NCBI GenBank assembly: GCA_000388065.2
Contig: KB932202.1
Strand: one strand, 5' to 3'
DNA from: Fonticula alba ATCC 38817
Taxonomy: Eukaryota; Protista; Nucleariida
Length of the DNA: 64,000 nt
The notes under the pieces are model-generated. The model had not been told where the DNA came from and did not search any database. It worked only from the letters and a program-made list of their open reading frames with translations. A program made the translations under genes and the position numbers. The stretch's first letter is position 1, and each line of letters begins with the position of its first letter. Below, in pieces: positions 51,078 through 63,188 of the stretch.

Positions 51078-52280
51078 ATGGAGCGGGAGCTCCAGCGATA
51101 CGGCCCCCTGCGTTGGGACTTCGAGCGGGGCGCTGTTGGCTGTGCGGCGGGATTGATTGCCTGGCGGCCCGTCGCCCGGGCGCCCTGTGCGTCACGCCAA
51201 CACCCTCCGCCCTCCGCCCGCCCCCCCTCCTCTGCCGTTCCTCCCTCTGCGCCGCTCTTCTCCCCCCTCCCCCCCCAACACCGCGGCCCCCCCCCCTGGT
51301 GCGTGGTCCCCCCCCCCCCCCCGCCCTCCCCTCCCCCAGATCGACCGCGTTCCCTGTTTTTTCCACGGCCTTTCTGACACACGCCCACGTATACACCCTC
51401 CCGCCCGCCCGCCCGCCCGCCCGCCCACACGCACGCACGTACACATACGCACCCGCCTGCGGCCCCCGATGCAGAGCTCATCGACAAGTGCATTGGCTCG
51501 CGCATCTGGCTGCTCCTGCACGGCGAGTCCGAGCTGGTGGGCACCCTGTGCGGCTTCGACCAGCATGTCAGTGCGTCCAATCCGGCCCCTTGGCCAGCTG
51601 CCTCCTCCCTGGCTTGCCATGTGCCGCGCGGGGGTTCTTTCCTCTGGTTGCCAGACCGTACATTGCGTGGTCCTAACGGCCCCTGCCCCTCTCCACCTCC
51701 CTCCCTCGCTCCCTCGCTCCCTCGCTCCCTCCCCCCCTCTCTCTCTTTCCTTCCCCCCGTCCACCCCAGACATGGTCCTCGAGGATGTCACCGAGATGTG
51801 CGTTCGCCGGCCTCCCCCTCCTCTTCCCTGGCATGGCGCCCTCCCTCGCCCACACAGACCGCCTCGCCCGCCCCTGCCGCAGGCCTTCTCACGCCGTGAC
51901 CGCCGGCCCCGCCGCCCCCTCTCGCAGTCAAGTGAACCCGGATGGCTCGCGTCTGCAGCTCCCGGTTCGCAAGTCCATGCTCCTGAGCGGGAACAACATT
52001 GCCATGGTTCGACCTTTTTGCGCGCCCCGATCGTGCGCGTGTCGCCCCGCTTCATCTCGCTCTCCTCCCACGCCTGACATGTTGTTTGCCCGCGCCTGCA
52101 CCTCCTCGCCCGTCTGCCCGTTGGCCTGCCCGCGCGGTAGCTCATCCCCGGTGGATCGTACGTTCATCTTCCTCTCCTCCCGCCCGCCCGCCCCCCCCTC
52201 CCCCCCCTGTAATATGCTTCCCGCACCGATCTAATCTCCCTGCTTCCTTTTTGCCCAGCCCCTCCGACATCTCAGCCTGA
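51078..52280 (+). CDS. LSM5: U6 snRNA-associated Sm-like protein LSm5 (91 aa)
   Basis: Exons 51078-51111, 51475-51570, 51770-51797, 51928-52006, 52141-52157, 52259-52280; total 276 nt. Product ...[14 protein letters not shown]...[21 protein letters not shown]...[15 protein letters not shown]. The exon 1 donor (GTTGGG) is weaker than the others. Confidence 0.92.
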
Positions 52281-52614
52281 GCCCACCCGGCCGCCGGGTC
52301 GCTCGCCCCCCCCTGGGCCCGGGGCTCGGCATCTGGCCGACTCCCCCCTCACACCTCAGTCCACGAATAAATGCCCCCTGTACAGTACTTTCACGGCCAT
52401 GGATCTCTCTATTGCACACGCTATTCTTCCAGCCAAGGGGGAGGAGGGAAGTGTATGTGTGTGTGTGTGTGCGGCGTGCGACGTGCGACGTGCGACGTGC
52501 GCATGCGTGTGTGTGTGTGTGTGTGTATATAAGGCAGTGTGACAAGGAAAAGGAGCAACGCATCCCCCACCAAGGCAGGGGCCCGCCGCATTCAGCCGCT
52601 CACGCTGCAAGGCG

Positions 52615-53102
52615 CTACCGCTTGCCGGCGCCGGTCTTCAGGGACTTGGCCTTCTTGGCGGCGGTGGTCGTCGCGGCCGAGGGCTTCTTCTTGTTGGCGG
52701 CGGCCTTGTCGGCCGGGGCCCGGGGGAGGACCTTGAAGAAGCCATCCAGGCGGCTCTGCGTCGAGTCGCTGCGAGCCTTGTCCAGGCGCTGGATCACCGA
52801 GCGCACGCGCTCCTCACTGTGCCGCCGTGCGCACGCGCGCGCGCACGAGAGGGAGAGAGACAGAGAGGGAGAGAGAGAGAGGGAGAGAGAGAGGGAGAGA
52901 GAGAGGGAGAGAGAGAGAGGGAGAGAGAGACAGAGAAGCAGACTGTCAGTGGCAGGAAAGCCTCACCATCCCGGTCTCACTGGCTCCTGGGCAGGAAAGG
53001 ATCAAAGCAAGAAGAGGCTGGCACGCACTTGAACCCCTTCTCGGTCACCAAGAACTTGACAATGCCCTCCTCATCGGGGCTCGACCACTTAAGCTGCATG
53101 TG

Positions 53103-53147
<45 letters not shown>

Positions 53148-54807
53148 AAGGGGCGGGGGAGAAGCACATCAGCAAAGATCCTCGCCGAGTCAGACCGAGG
53201 CAATGACCTCCGGCAACCCCCCTCCCCCCCCCACGCGGCAGACAGACATACGCAGGCAGGCGCCTGCGGGAGGTGGAGGCAAGGAAAGGGGGGAAGAGCG
53301 ACGCACCTCAATGTCCGCCACCGGGGTCACCTCCGGAGACCGGAACAGCTCGCGGACCTCCTTGTAGGGCCAGTTCTCCGGGACGGTGTACCTCTTGGGG
53401 TCCAGATTCTCCAGGATGGTCTCGATGTTGCGGTGCTTGCGGATGAATTCCAGGGCACGCTTGGGGCCGACGCCGCGGATGGTGTCGCAGAAGTCACACC
53501 CCAGCAGGATGCACAGGTCGATGAACTCGTCCATCGTGAGTTCCAGCAGCTCCAGCACCCGGGGGAGGGAGTACTCGGCGATCGGCACCTTGCGCGCCTC
53601 GCTGTATGTCAGATGCCGGAGCAGGATGGTCGACCCGCACGTCAGCGAGTCCATATCCTCGGAGGCGGTGGCATACACCAGCCCTTTGGCGGCCATGACG
53701 GCGCACTGGGCCTCTGCCTCGCAGGGGGCCTCGATGTAGGGGATGCCCATGAGCGTGAGCAGGCGCTTGCACTCGGCCGTGTGCTCGGCCGTGACGCGCA
53801 CCGTCCGCCGGGAGAACTTGTCCATGTCCGCCTGGTTGCCTGGGGACGGGGCAGGATGGATAGGGGCCGGGGGCGGGGGGGGCAGGGGGGGTCGTAGCCC
53901 GGCGGGGAGCAGCGAAAAGGCGAGCGGTCAGTGTGCGGGGACGTTTGCGCGGTGTGTCGGGGCCTGGCATGGACCGGGCCCCTTGCGCGCATATCGCTGC
54001 TCGTGCGCATGGCCGGCTCCTTGCCGGGCCCTCGGCGACACGTACCCTGCTCAGTGGCCGTCTTCAGGCTCTCTTCGGCCTGCTGGCGGCGCTCCGAGCG
54101 TTTGGACAGCTCGCCGCCCTTGAGGGCCGGCGGCTTGCCATCGAACACGTACACGGGCTTGATGCCGTTCTCGACCATGCGTGCCGTGCGGTAAAGCATG
54201 CCCATGAGGTGGCTGCCGGTGGGGCGGGTGCGGGGGGCGGGGNNNNNNNNNNNNNNNNNNNNNNNNNNNNNNNNNNNNNNNNNNNNNNNNNNNNNNNNNN
54301 NNNNNNNNNNNNNNNNNNNNNNNNNNNNNNNNNNNNNNNNNNNNNNNNNNNNNNNNNNNNNNNNNNNNNNNNNNNNNNNNNNNNNNNNNNNNNNNNNNNN
54401 NNNNNNNNNNNNNNNNNNNNNNNNNNNNNNNNNNNNNNNNNNNNNNNNNNNNNNNNNNNNNNNNNNNNNNNNNNNNNNNNNNNNNNNNCGGGGCTCCGGA
54501 GCAAAGGAGAGAGGGGGGGGGGGGGGGGGAGACCGCCTGGGGAAATCGGAGGGCCAACGCCCGACAGAAGAGGCGGGGAGGGAAAGACAAGAAAGCGGGC
54601 GGGCGCTCGGCCGGCGCACCTGGTGACCTGGCCCGAGTCATTGGTCAGCACACCGCCGTCGGCCTGGCGCACGGCGATCAGGAACTGGTAGATGGACATC
54701 GACGCGTCGATGGCGATCTTCCGGCCGAACAGATGCTTGATCTCCATGTGCCGGACCGCCGTGCCGGCGACGTCGGCAATCAGCTGCGAGAGGCCGCGGA
54801 TACCCAT
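52615..54807 (-). CDS. FEN1: Flap endonuclease 1 (384 aa)
   Basis: Exons 54807-54620, 54212-54046, 53839-53307, 53093-53029, 52816-52615; total 1155 nt. Motifs [74 protein letters not shown], and PCNA PIP box QSRLDGFF. Confidence 0.97.
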
Positions 54808-55411
54808 TCTTCAAGGTCACTAAGCAGGGGGCAGGAGGATGGGCGAGGGGGGCGAGGGGGAGAAGGCCGGAGGAAGAGCGGGGGCCGATTGCAGGGTAGA
54901 CAAGGGGGGCGGGGGGGGGGGGGGGGGGGGGGGGGGCGGGGGAACTGGCGCGCCTCCCAGGCCCGCTGGGCTGGCGGTAACGGCCAATTTAAACCCACAC
55001 GGGCTTTTGCGGCGGCCTGCCAGCGGGGCGGCCCGGGGCAGCAGGTCGGTTGGCATGCGCCGCCCGGCCCCAGGATGGATTGGCACTGGGGGGGCTTTTG
55101 CGGCGGCCCGCTCGGCGGCCTCCCGCCACAGGCGCGGGAAGGGGGCGGCGGCGGGGGAGCGGGGAGCGGGGAGCGGGGACCAGGGAATGTCGCTTGAAGC
55201 GGGGGAGCCCCTGTGCCGATTGTTCTCAGCCCCGGGCGCTTTGTGGCCGCGCCGGTGGCAGGGTCGCCCGGTCCCCCGGCTGGCACATGGGGGCCGAGGC
55301 CGGACATATTGGCAGGGGCCCCCTGCGGGGCAATGCGGGCAATATAACCCCGGTCGGGCCGCCAAGCCCTGCGCCGATCTCCGCGAGAATTTGTTTACCT
55401 GCCCTGTTGTG

Positions 55412-55442
<31 letters not shown>

Positions 55443-55918
55443 ACATGCGCCTCGGACGGAGGTGGCCGGCGTACGCCCGGATGTCCGGATGCGGTGTTCC
55501 CGCGCAATCTCGGCCAGCCCGCCGGCCCGCACCCCAGGCAACTGCCAGACACCCCAAGGGGCCCCCGCCTGCCTGGCATGCTTGCCCGGCCCCGAGGCCA
55601 GCGCTTCCCTCCTCCCACTTGTCCCCCCGTTCGCCTCCCTTTGCTCGTGTCTCGCCTTACCTCGGTCCCTGCGTCGGGCCTCTCTGCTGGTGTCGGGTCC
55701 GTCGCACCACAGGTTGGGCCACCTCACCACGCCTCCCCCTCCAACTGCAAACACACGCACACACGCACACNNNNNNNNNNNNNNNNNNNNNNNNNNNNNN
55801 NNNNNNNNNNNNNNNNNNNNNNNNNNNNNNNNNNNNNNNNNNNNNNNNNNNNNNNNCACACACACACGCGCACACACACACGCCCTCCCCCTCATCCCCG
55901 CCCCGCCACATCTCCACA

Positions 55919-58900
55919 ATGCCTGGAGGCTGGTGGCCGGGCGAGGCCGACCCGGGCATCGAGCTACGCACAGTGTCACCGCCGCCCAGGCCGGAAGTCC
56001 GCGACGTGGACGACGGGGAGACTTCCGACACGCCGGCCGAGGCGGCGGATCCGTGCGACAGCCGGCCCACCGAGCACCACGGCCCGAGCATTCCCCCAAC
56101 AGACCCGGCCCCCCGGGGGATCCTCAAGCGCGCGGCGCCCGGGTCGCTGGCCTCCTCGGAGGGCCTCCCCTGGGCCGGGCCCGGGATGCCGGCGTTCGCG
56201 GCCGAGTCGCACGGCTCGCACGGGGACCCGCATGGGAACCGGCCCAGGGACCGGCAGGGCGATCGCCAGGGCAGCCTCGCCAGCGCCTCCAGCGACCATG
56301 TGGCCGGGGCATCGAGCGAGGCGGTGGCCAGCGCGTCGAGTGGCACGCTGGCCGGCGGCCGGCCGGCCGGGCTGGACCACCGCATCGCCTCCATCTTCAC
56401 CTGGGTGGCGGACACCTTCAGCCTGCATGACTTCATCGAGATCGAGCATGTCCCGGTGGAGGATTTCCCCTTCGCGGGGCTGGCGGCCGCCGGGTCCAGC
56501 TCCGGGTCCGAATCCGGCTGGGCCCCGGGGCCGCAGTCGCCGGCCAGCGAGGTCGACGCGTATGCCCGGTCGCCGGGGCATGTGGCCCCGGTGCCCGGGG
56601 ACCTCCGCCGGGGGTCCATGCAGCAGCCGCCGCGGCCGCCGCTGGCCGCCGGCCGTGCGGCGGCCCACCACAACCGGCGGTCCTCCACCCCCTCGACGGT
56701 GCCGCACCTGGAGGGCCGGCGGTACTCGCTGTCGGCCGGGGGCCGGCATGACCGCCAGGCCCCGGGGCCCGGGGCCACGATGGTGGTGGCCGGGCCGCCG
56801 GCCACGCCGGACCGCTCGACCTCGCCGGCCCCCGGGCTGACGGTCCTCTCGGCCACGGCCCCGGGCGGGCGTCTTGCCACCGCCGGCAGCCTGCTGGCCG
56901 GGCCGGCCAGCGGGGTGGCCGCCCCCGGGCCGCTGCTCACGGTGCGGCCCTACTCCCCGGTGCGTGTGCAGCGGGCCGGCCCGCGGCATGCGCCCTTCAT
57001 CGGCGAGGCGGAGTTCCGCATGCCGTCGACATTGGCCCCACTGGCCCGGCCGGCCCTCAGTGCCAGTGTCCTGTCCATGGCCGGTGGCGAGGGGGCCTCC
57101 CCGCCGCCGGGGGCCTATTGGCCGGGGGGGTCCCCGTCACCGAGGCCGGCGCCGGCGGATGGCGGCCCGTCGGCCCTGGGCATGGGCCACGGGTCGGCGG
57201 TTTCCTCGCCAGCATTGTCGCCGTCCTCATCGAGCCCGGGCGCGGTGTGCTCCTCGGCCTCCTCCTGCTCTTCCTCGGCCTCGGCCTCCTCCTCCTCCTC
57301 CTCCTCCTCCTCCTCCTCCTCCTCCTCCTCCTCGGCCTTGGGCTCCCTGCCGAGCCCATCGTCGATGGAGGCCTCTTCCGCGGGGTCCGGCCGGTCGGCC
57401 TGGGCGTCGGGCGAGCTGCACCCGGCGCCGGGGGTCCCGCTGCCGGCGGCCACCCGGCCGCGCATCCGCATCCGCCTGAGCCGGCGCCCGGAGGGGGACC
57501 TGGCCGATCCGTACCTCCGGCCGCCGACCGTGCATGGGCCCGGGTCCGCGGCCCACGGGCCGACCTCCGGCGTCCGGGCCCTGCGGTCCAGCCACCTTCG
57601 CTTGGCCAGTCGGTCGGGGTCCTACGCCGGGTCGTGCGACTCGGCGGTCCTGGTGGTGACGCCGGTGGACCTGTTCTTCCTCGGGCGCAAGTGGCAGTCC
57701 CCCGGGGACAAGCGCCGGGAGCGGCGTCTCGTCCGGCAGCTGGACACGTCGCGCCCGGCGCGACTCGTCGCCCGGCCGGGCCAGGCCACCCCGGCCGCCG
57801 TCGACACCACCCCCCCGGATGTGACGCGCGACCTGGCGGACGGGTTGCCGGCCGTGCCGAGCCTGGCCGCCACCCCTGGCGGGCCTGCCGACCGGGTTCC
57901 CTCCCTGGCGGCGGATGCCGCCCCCTTGCCCGGGCCTGCTGCCACCATTACGGCGATCCCGGTGGCCGATCGGCGGGGGTTCTCCGCCGGCGCCGGCGGC
58001 TTGACCATCCACACGGCCGGGTCGCCGAGCACCGCCGGCCCGGCCAGCCCCCTGGCCATGCGCACGCTCACCGGCACGACCACCTCGGCCGACTCGGCCC
58101 CGGTGTCGCCGGTCAACCCGGACATTGACATCGCCTCCTTTTTCGGCACCTGGAGCCCGGGGGACCTGGACCCCGATGAGGAAGAGGAGGAGGAGGAGGA
58201 CGACGACGACGAGGAAGACGACGAGGAGGATGACGAGGAGGACGGCGAGGAGGATGACGCTGACCCGAGCGGCCCCCTGGGCGCCGGGAGCATCACACCC
58301 CCGACCGATGGCGGCTCCACCTCACTTGCCTCGCCCTCGTCGGCCCCGCAGTCGGCGGCCGAGCAGGGCGCCGGGGTGGTCGCCGCCCCGCCGCCAGCTG
58401 CATTGCGCGTGCGCTCTCCCCGCCTGGCTCCCGCCCGGACGCGGTGCGTTCTCTTGCTGCTCCCTGCTGCTCCCTGCTGCTCCCTGCTGCTCCCTGCTGC
58501 TCCCTCTCTCCCGCCGCCGCGCGCGTGAGCGCCTGCACACACGCCTGCACACATATCCTCACATATCCTCACATCTACACCCACACCCCCAAATGCGCAC
58601 GTCCATGCTCACCTTCGCACCTCCTCGGGACGCGGCATGCCGCCACGACAGGGTGAGCCATCCGCAGTTTGCGGCCGGGCCATTGCCCGGCGGCCCGACG
58701 GACCGGCCGGCACCGAGCCTGGTGGCCGGGGCCCGCGCGGCGGCGCTACTCGGCGCCCGGCGATCCTCCTGGGCGCCCGTGCTGCTGGACATGAATGCGC
58801 GCAATGCCCGCGGGGGCATTCACAACAAGGATTCCTGGGCACCACGGGCGGCCGGCGGGGGCCCGGTTACGGCGGCCCCGGCGCCGGGCTTCGGCCCGAA

Positions 58901-60363
58901 TGACCTGGCCGCCTCGTCGTCGCGCGGGGGCCTCGCCTCGTCGGGCGGGCCTTCGCCCCAGCCCGGCGGGCTGGCGGGGTCCGTGGGCGACGGCCCGGCC
59001 GGGCCCGGGCTGCTGGACGCCAGCTCCTCGGGGGATGCCCTGCCGGGGCCCGGGTCCGGGGGTCCTTCGCCCAGTCGGTTTTCCTGGCGCGGGCGTCCGG
59101 CATCGATGGTCGGGCGCCCGGTCGAGGGGGCGGACGCCCAGCGGCCCGGTCGGGGGACCGGCGGCCCGGCCTCCGCCGGCACGGTGCCCGGCCCCGGGCG
59201 AGCCGCCCTCGGGCCGACCCGGCGGCGGTCCACCATCACGTCGGTCTTTCGCCGGCCGCGCACGCGCTCCGGCTCGGACTCCGACCAGTCGGTGGATGTG
59301 GGTGCTTCTGGCGACCTGCGATCCTGGCATGCCTCCTCGTCGCCCTCGCCGAGCGGGTCCTTCGGGTCTTCCTCCGGGGCGTCGGCCGTGGAGGATGCCG
59401 AGGGGGCCGGGCTCCGGGTGCGGCCGAGCTCCCCGCCGCCGCCGCCGGCGCCGCCGCCGCCGGCGGGCCCGGAGGCGGCCGACTTGCCCGAAGCCTCGGC
59501 CCCGGATGCGGCGCCCGGCATGGGGCTCGCCCCCGGGGCCGGTGCCGTGGCCGGCGTGGCGGCGATCACCATGGCCGAGGGCACGGCCGCGACACCCGCC
59601 CTGCAGGCGGCCGCCTCCCCGGGGCCGGCCGGGCCCGTTGTGGTGGTGGCCCCGAGCGCCGACCCGGGCCGGGTCGATGGCATCGGCGCCACGGTGGCCG
59701 GGCCCCCCTCCCCGAGCCAGGCTCCCGGGGCCCTCCGACGGAATACCTACTCCACGTCGGCCCCGTCGTCGGGGCTGTCCTCGGCGAGCCTCTCGCTGCC
59801 GGGGTTCCGCCGGCAGCGCTCCGACCAGTCGGTGGCTTCCTCCATGGCCGAGGGGCCGGCGTCGTCCGGCCGGCGGCCCGGCACCCGGCGGCGCTCCCAA
59901 GCCAAGGACATGTCCCCCTCCAGCCGGCCGTCCATCGCGGCCGTGGTCATTTGGGTGAATGCCCTGCTGATCACCATCGGCGTGGCGGTCATCGTCACCG
60001 TGGCCCTGGTCGGCTCCAGCCGGTACATGCTCGCATGCCTCGCTCTCTTTGCACCGGCCACCGGCCGCTCCCCCTTCCCAGCTAACCCGCCTCGCCGGTC
60101 GCGCCGCAGCGAGACCACCTCCACCATCCGCTCGCTGGCCAACCAGCTGGCCAGCCGGGCCCAGATCAATCTGGACCTGGCGCTTGACAATGCCGAGGCC
60201 CTGAGCTCCGTGCACTTGCCCTACTTCCTGCACTTTGGCCACACGCCGGCCGACTGCCAGCGTGCCTCGCGACCGCTGCTCTACTCCATGCAGCATGAGT
60301 CCCTGCTGGTCAGCATGGTCCACCTGTCGGACGGGCTGGTGCGTGCATGGGTCTCCCGTCGTG

Positions 60364-60394
<31 letters not shown>

Positions 60395-63152
60395 TGTAGC
60401 CCCTCTCTCCGTGCCCCTTTCTTCGCTTTCTCTTTGCCGCCCTCCCGGCCGCCATCGCTCCGCCCACCTTCCCCTCACCAGCCCCACACCGATGATCACA
60501 TCTGCCCCCCCCCCCCCTCCTTTCTCCCTGCGGCTGGGCGGCCCGGCTGCCGCAGGGGAGTTTCTGCGGCGCCTCGCGCGCTGGCACCTCGCCCAAAGAC
60601 GACCTCGGGGTCCGAGTCACCCGCATGCAGCCTCCGGCCGGGGACCCCACCGGCCCGGCCACCATGCAGCTGCAGGAGTTCCTCCACCATCCGGAAGCGT
60701 GCTCCCTGTCGGACTTCTCCTGCCCGGTGTTCGACTACCCGCCGCCGCTCGGGCGGGGCCCGGAGTTCTCCCGCTCGTATGACCCCCGCACGCGGAGCTG
60801 GTTTCAGGCGGTACGCCGGCTGGCCCTTCCCGAAGGGCTTTCCTGCTGGCTTTTGCCCTCTGCCTCTCGCGGTTGACTGACACCCGATGCCCCCCCCCCC
60901 CCTCCCTCCTGTGCGCATCTGCCCGCCAGGCTGCCGCCACCACCGGGCCCGTGTGGTCGGATATCTACCTCTACTCGTCGTACCACCGCCTGGGATTCAC
61001 GGTTCGTGGCTACTGTGTTGGGGTCCTCCCCTGCTGCTCCCTCTCTTCCTCCCTCTCTCTCTCTCTCTCTCTCTCCCTCTCCCCCGTCTCAGCTCATCCC
61101 CTGCCGACACCGGGACTCACCCATCACCGGGTCTCGCCCACCACCGGCCCCGGGCTGCCTGCCGGACGCACACGCTAGACCGCCCTCCGGGCGGTGCCCC
61201 TCGACAGTGCGGCACCCAGGCCGGCCAATCACCCGGTCATCATGTCGACGGACGTTTCGCTGGCCGAGTTGTCCACCTCCCTGCGCAAGCTCCTGACCGA
61301 GGTCCAAAGCCAAGGGGACATGGCCTCCTTGGGGGTCGTGTCGAATGGCGCACACCTGACCCGACGCTCGGCCCTGACCCGGATGGCCGATGCGCTAGAC
61401 CGGCTGTGGCCTGGCCGTCGGGCCGGCGCTGCCACCGCCTCGCCCACAACCGGGGATCTCGGCGCGCCGACACTCTTGCTCCTGGATGCGAAGGGCTTCC
61501 TGGTCGGGGTGGCCTTGAGCGAGAGCCACCTCGAGAGCGCGGTCTCCGGATCGGGCTCCGGCGAGCAGGTAAAGCTGGTCAAGACCCCGGCCGAAGGTGC
61601 GTGTTTTTTCCTCTCCCTCTCTCTCTTTTTCTCTGTTTCTCTTTTTCTCTGTTTCTCTGTTTCTCTCTTTCTCTGTTTCTCTCTTTCTTTCTCTCCCTCC
61701 CTCCATCTCCCTCCCTCCATCTCCCTCCCTCCATCTCTCTCCCTCTCCCTCTCTCCCTTTTCTTCTCCCTTTCCACGGCGTGTGCGTGCGTGTGTCTCGA
61801 CCGCCATACTCACCCCGCTGCTTGGCCCTCCCCATGGACAGGCTGCACGCACACTTGCTCGGTTCGTGACTGTTGCATGGTGCACTCGCAGGACAGCGAC
61901 AATGCGCACATTCGCCTGATTGCGTCGTACCTGGTCGCCCGTGGTGTCATCCCCCCGGCGCCGACCGGCGCCCTGTCTGTGCCCGGCGCCCCGGATGCCG
62001 CTGCCAACGATGTCTCCTCCTCGCGGACCAGCCGTGTGACCTACTTCGAACCGGACGACCGGGTGCGTGCGCCGCGGCCCTGTCGCCTCTGTGGGCTTGC
62101 CATGCCGACATGCCTTCTCCTTTGGCCCCCCTGCTGACCCTGATGCGCCCGCCGGCACATGGACCTGCAGCTGTCCATCGCCCACCTGCAGTATCACCGC
62201 GGCTCGAACCTCCGGTGGCGCATCGTGGCGGCCTTCGACCGGCAGCAGCTGACCCTGGCCCTGGCCCGGCGCTATGGCACCATCGTCTCGGTGGTGGCGG
62301 TGCTGCTGCTGCTGCTGTCGGTCTTCTTGTCGATCCTGCTGAATCGCTTCCTGACCAAGTGCGTCGCATGCCGCCGCATCTCTTTGTCTCTCCCTTTCCC
62401 TCTCTCTGTGTGTGTCTCTCCTCCCACCCAGACGACTGCGAGGCTCACCATCCCGCTTTCCCCTCCCTCCCTCCCTCCCTCCCCCCGCACGGCCAGCCCC
62501 CTGCTGGCGGTGATCCGGCACCTAGAGGAGGTGGCCGCATTGCAGGAAAGCCCGCAGGTGGTCAAGCGGCGCTTCCGCCGGTTCTCCTTCTTCCCCACCT
62601 TCCGGTCGCTGTTCTCCTCCTCCGAGAAGATAGACGTGTCGCCCTCTGACGCCAGCCTCGCCACCGTTGGTCAGCCACGCCGGGCAGGCGGCTCCTCGTC
62701 ACTGGTATCCTCCAGCCGGCTGGAGATCGAGGAGGTCAATGAGATCCGCGACGGTGCGTGCATTCGCTTCGCCACGCCACGCCTCGGCGGCCGCGTCCGT
62801 TGTTTTCTGCCCTGGGCGCGGGACATCGCCTCCGCGCTCCTCGCAGCTGTTGCCGCCGACTGACGCTCCGTGCCCCGACAAACTGCCGGCCGCTCTCTGC
62901 CTTTGGGGGGGGGGGGGGGTCTCGCCCGGCGGACAGCCCTCCTGTCCTTGCGCGTCGGGTTGATTTCCTTCCTTCGGTATGCCCCGCGGCAGGTGGTCAC
63001 GCTGTTGGTCCGGGAAAACCGCCGGCCCATCCTCGGCGTCGATCCCACCGAGGTGACGGTCATGTTCTCGGACATCGCCAACTTCGCCGACCTGACGCAG
63101 GCCTTCGATGATGCCCATGTGGTGGAGCTTCTCCAGTGCGTGTGCACACACC

Positions 63153-63188
<36 letters not shown>

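Noticed and set aside
54839-55918. N-terminal extension of the 1229-aa ORF upstream of the cyclase ATG
   Set aside because: Non-ATG start; runs through the FEN1 promoter, CA repeats and an N gap.
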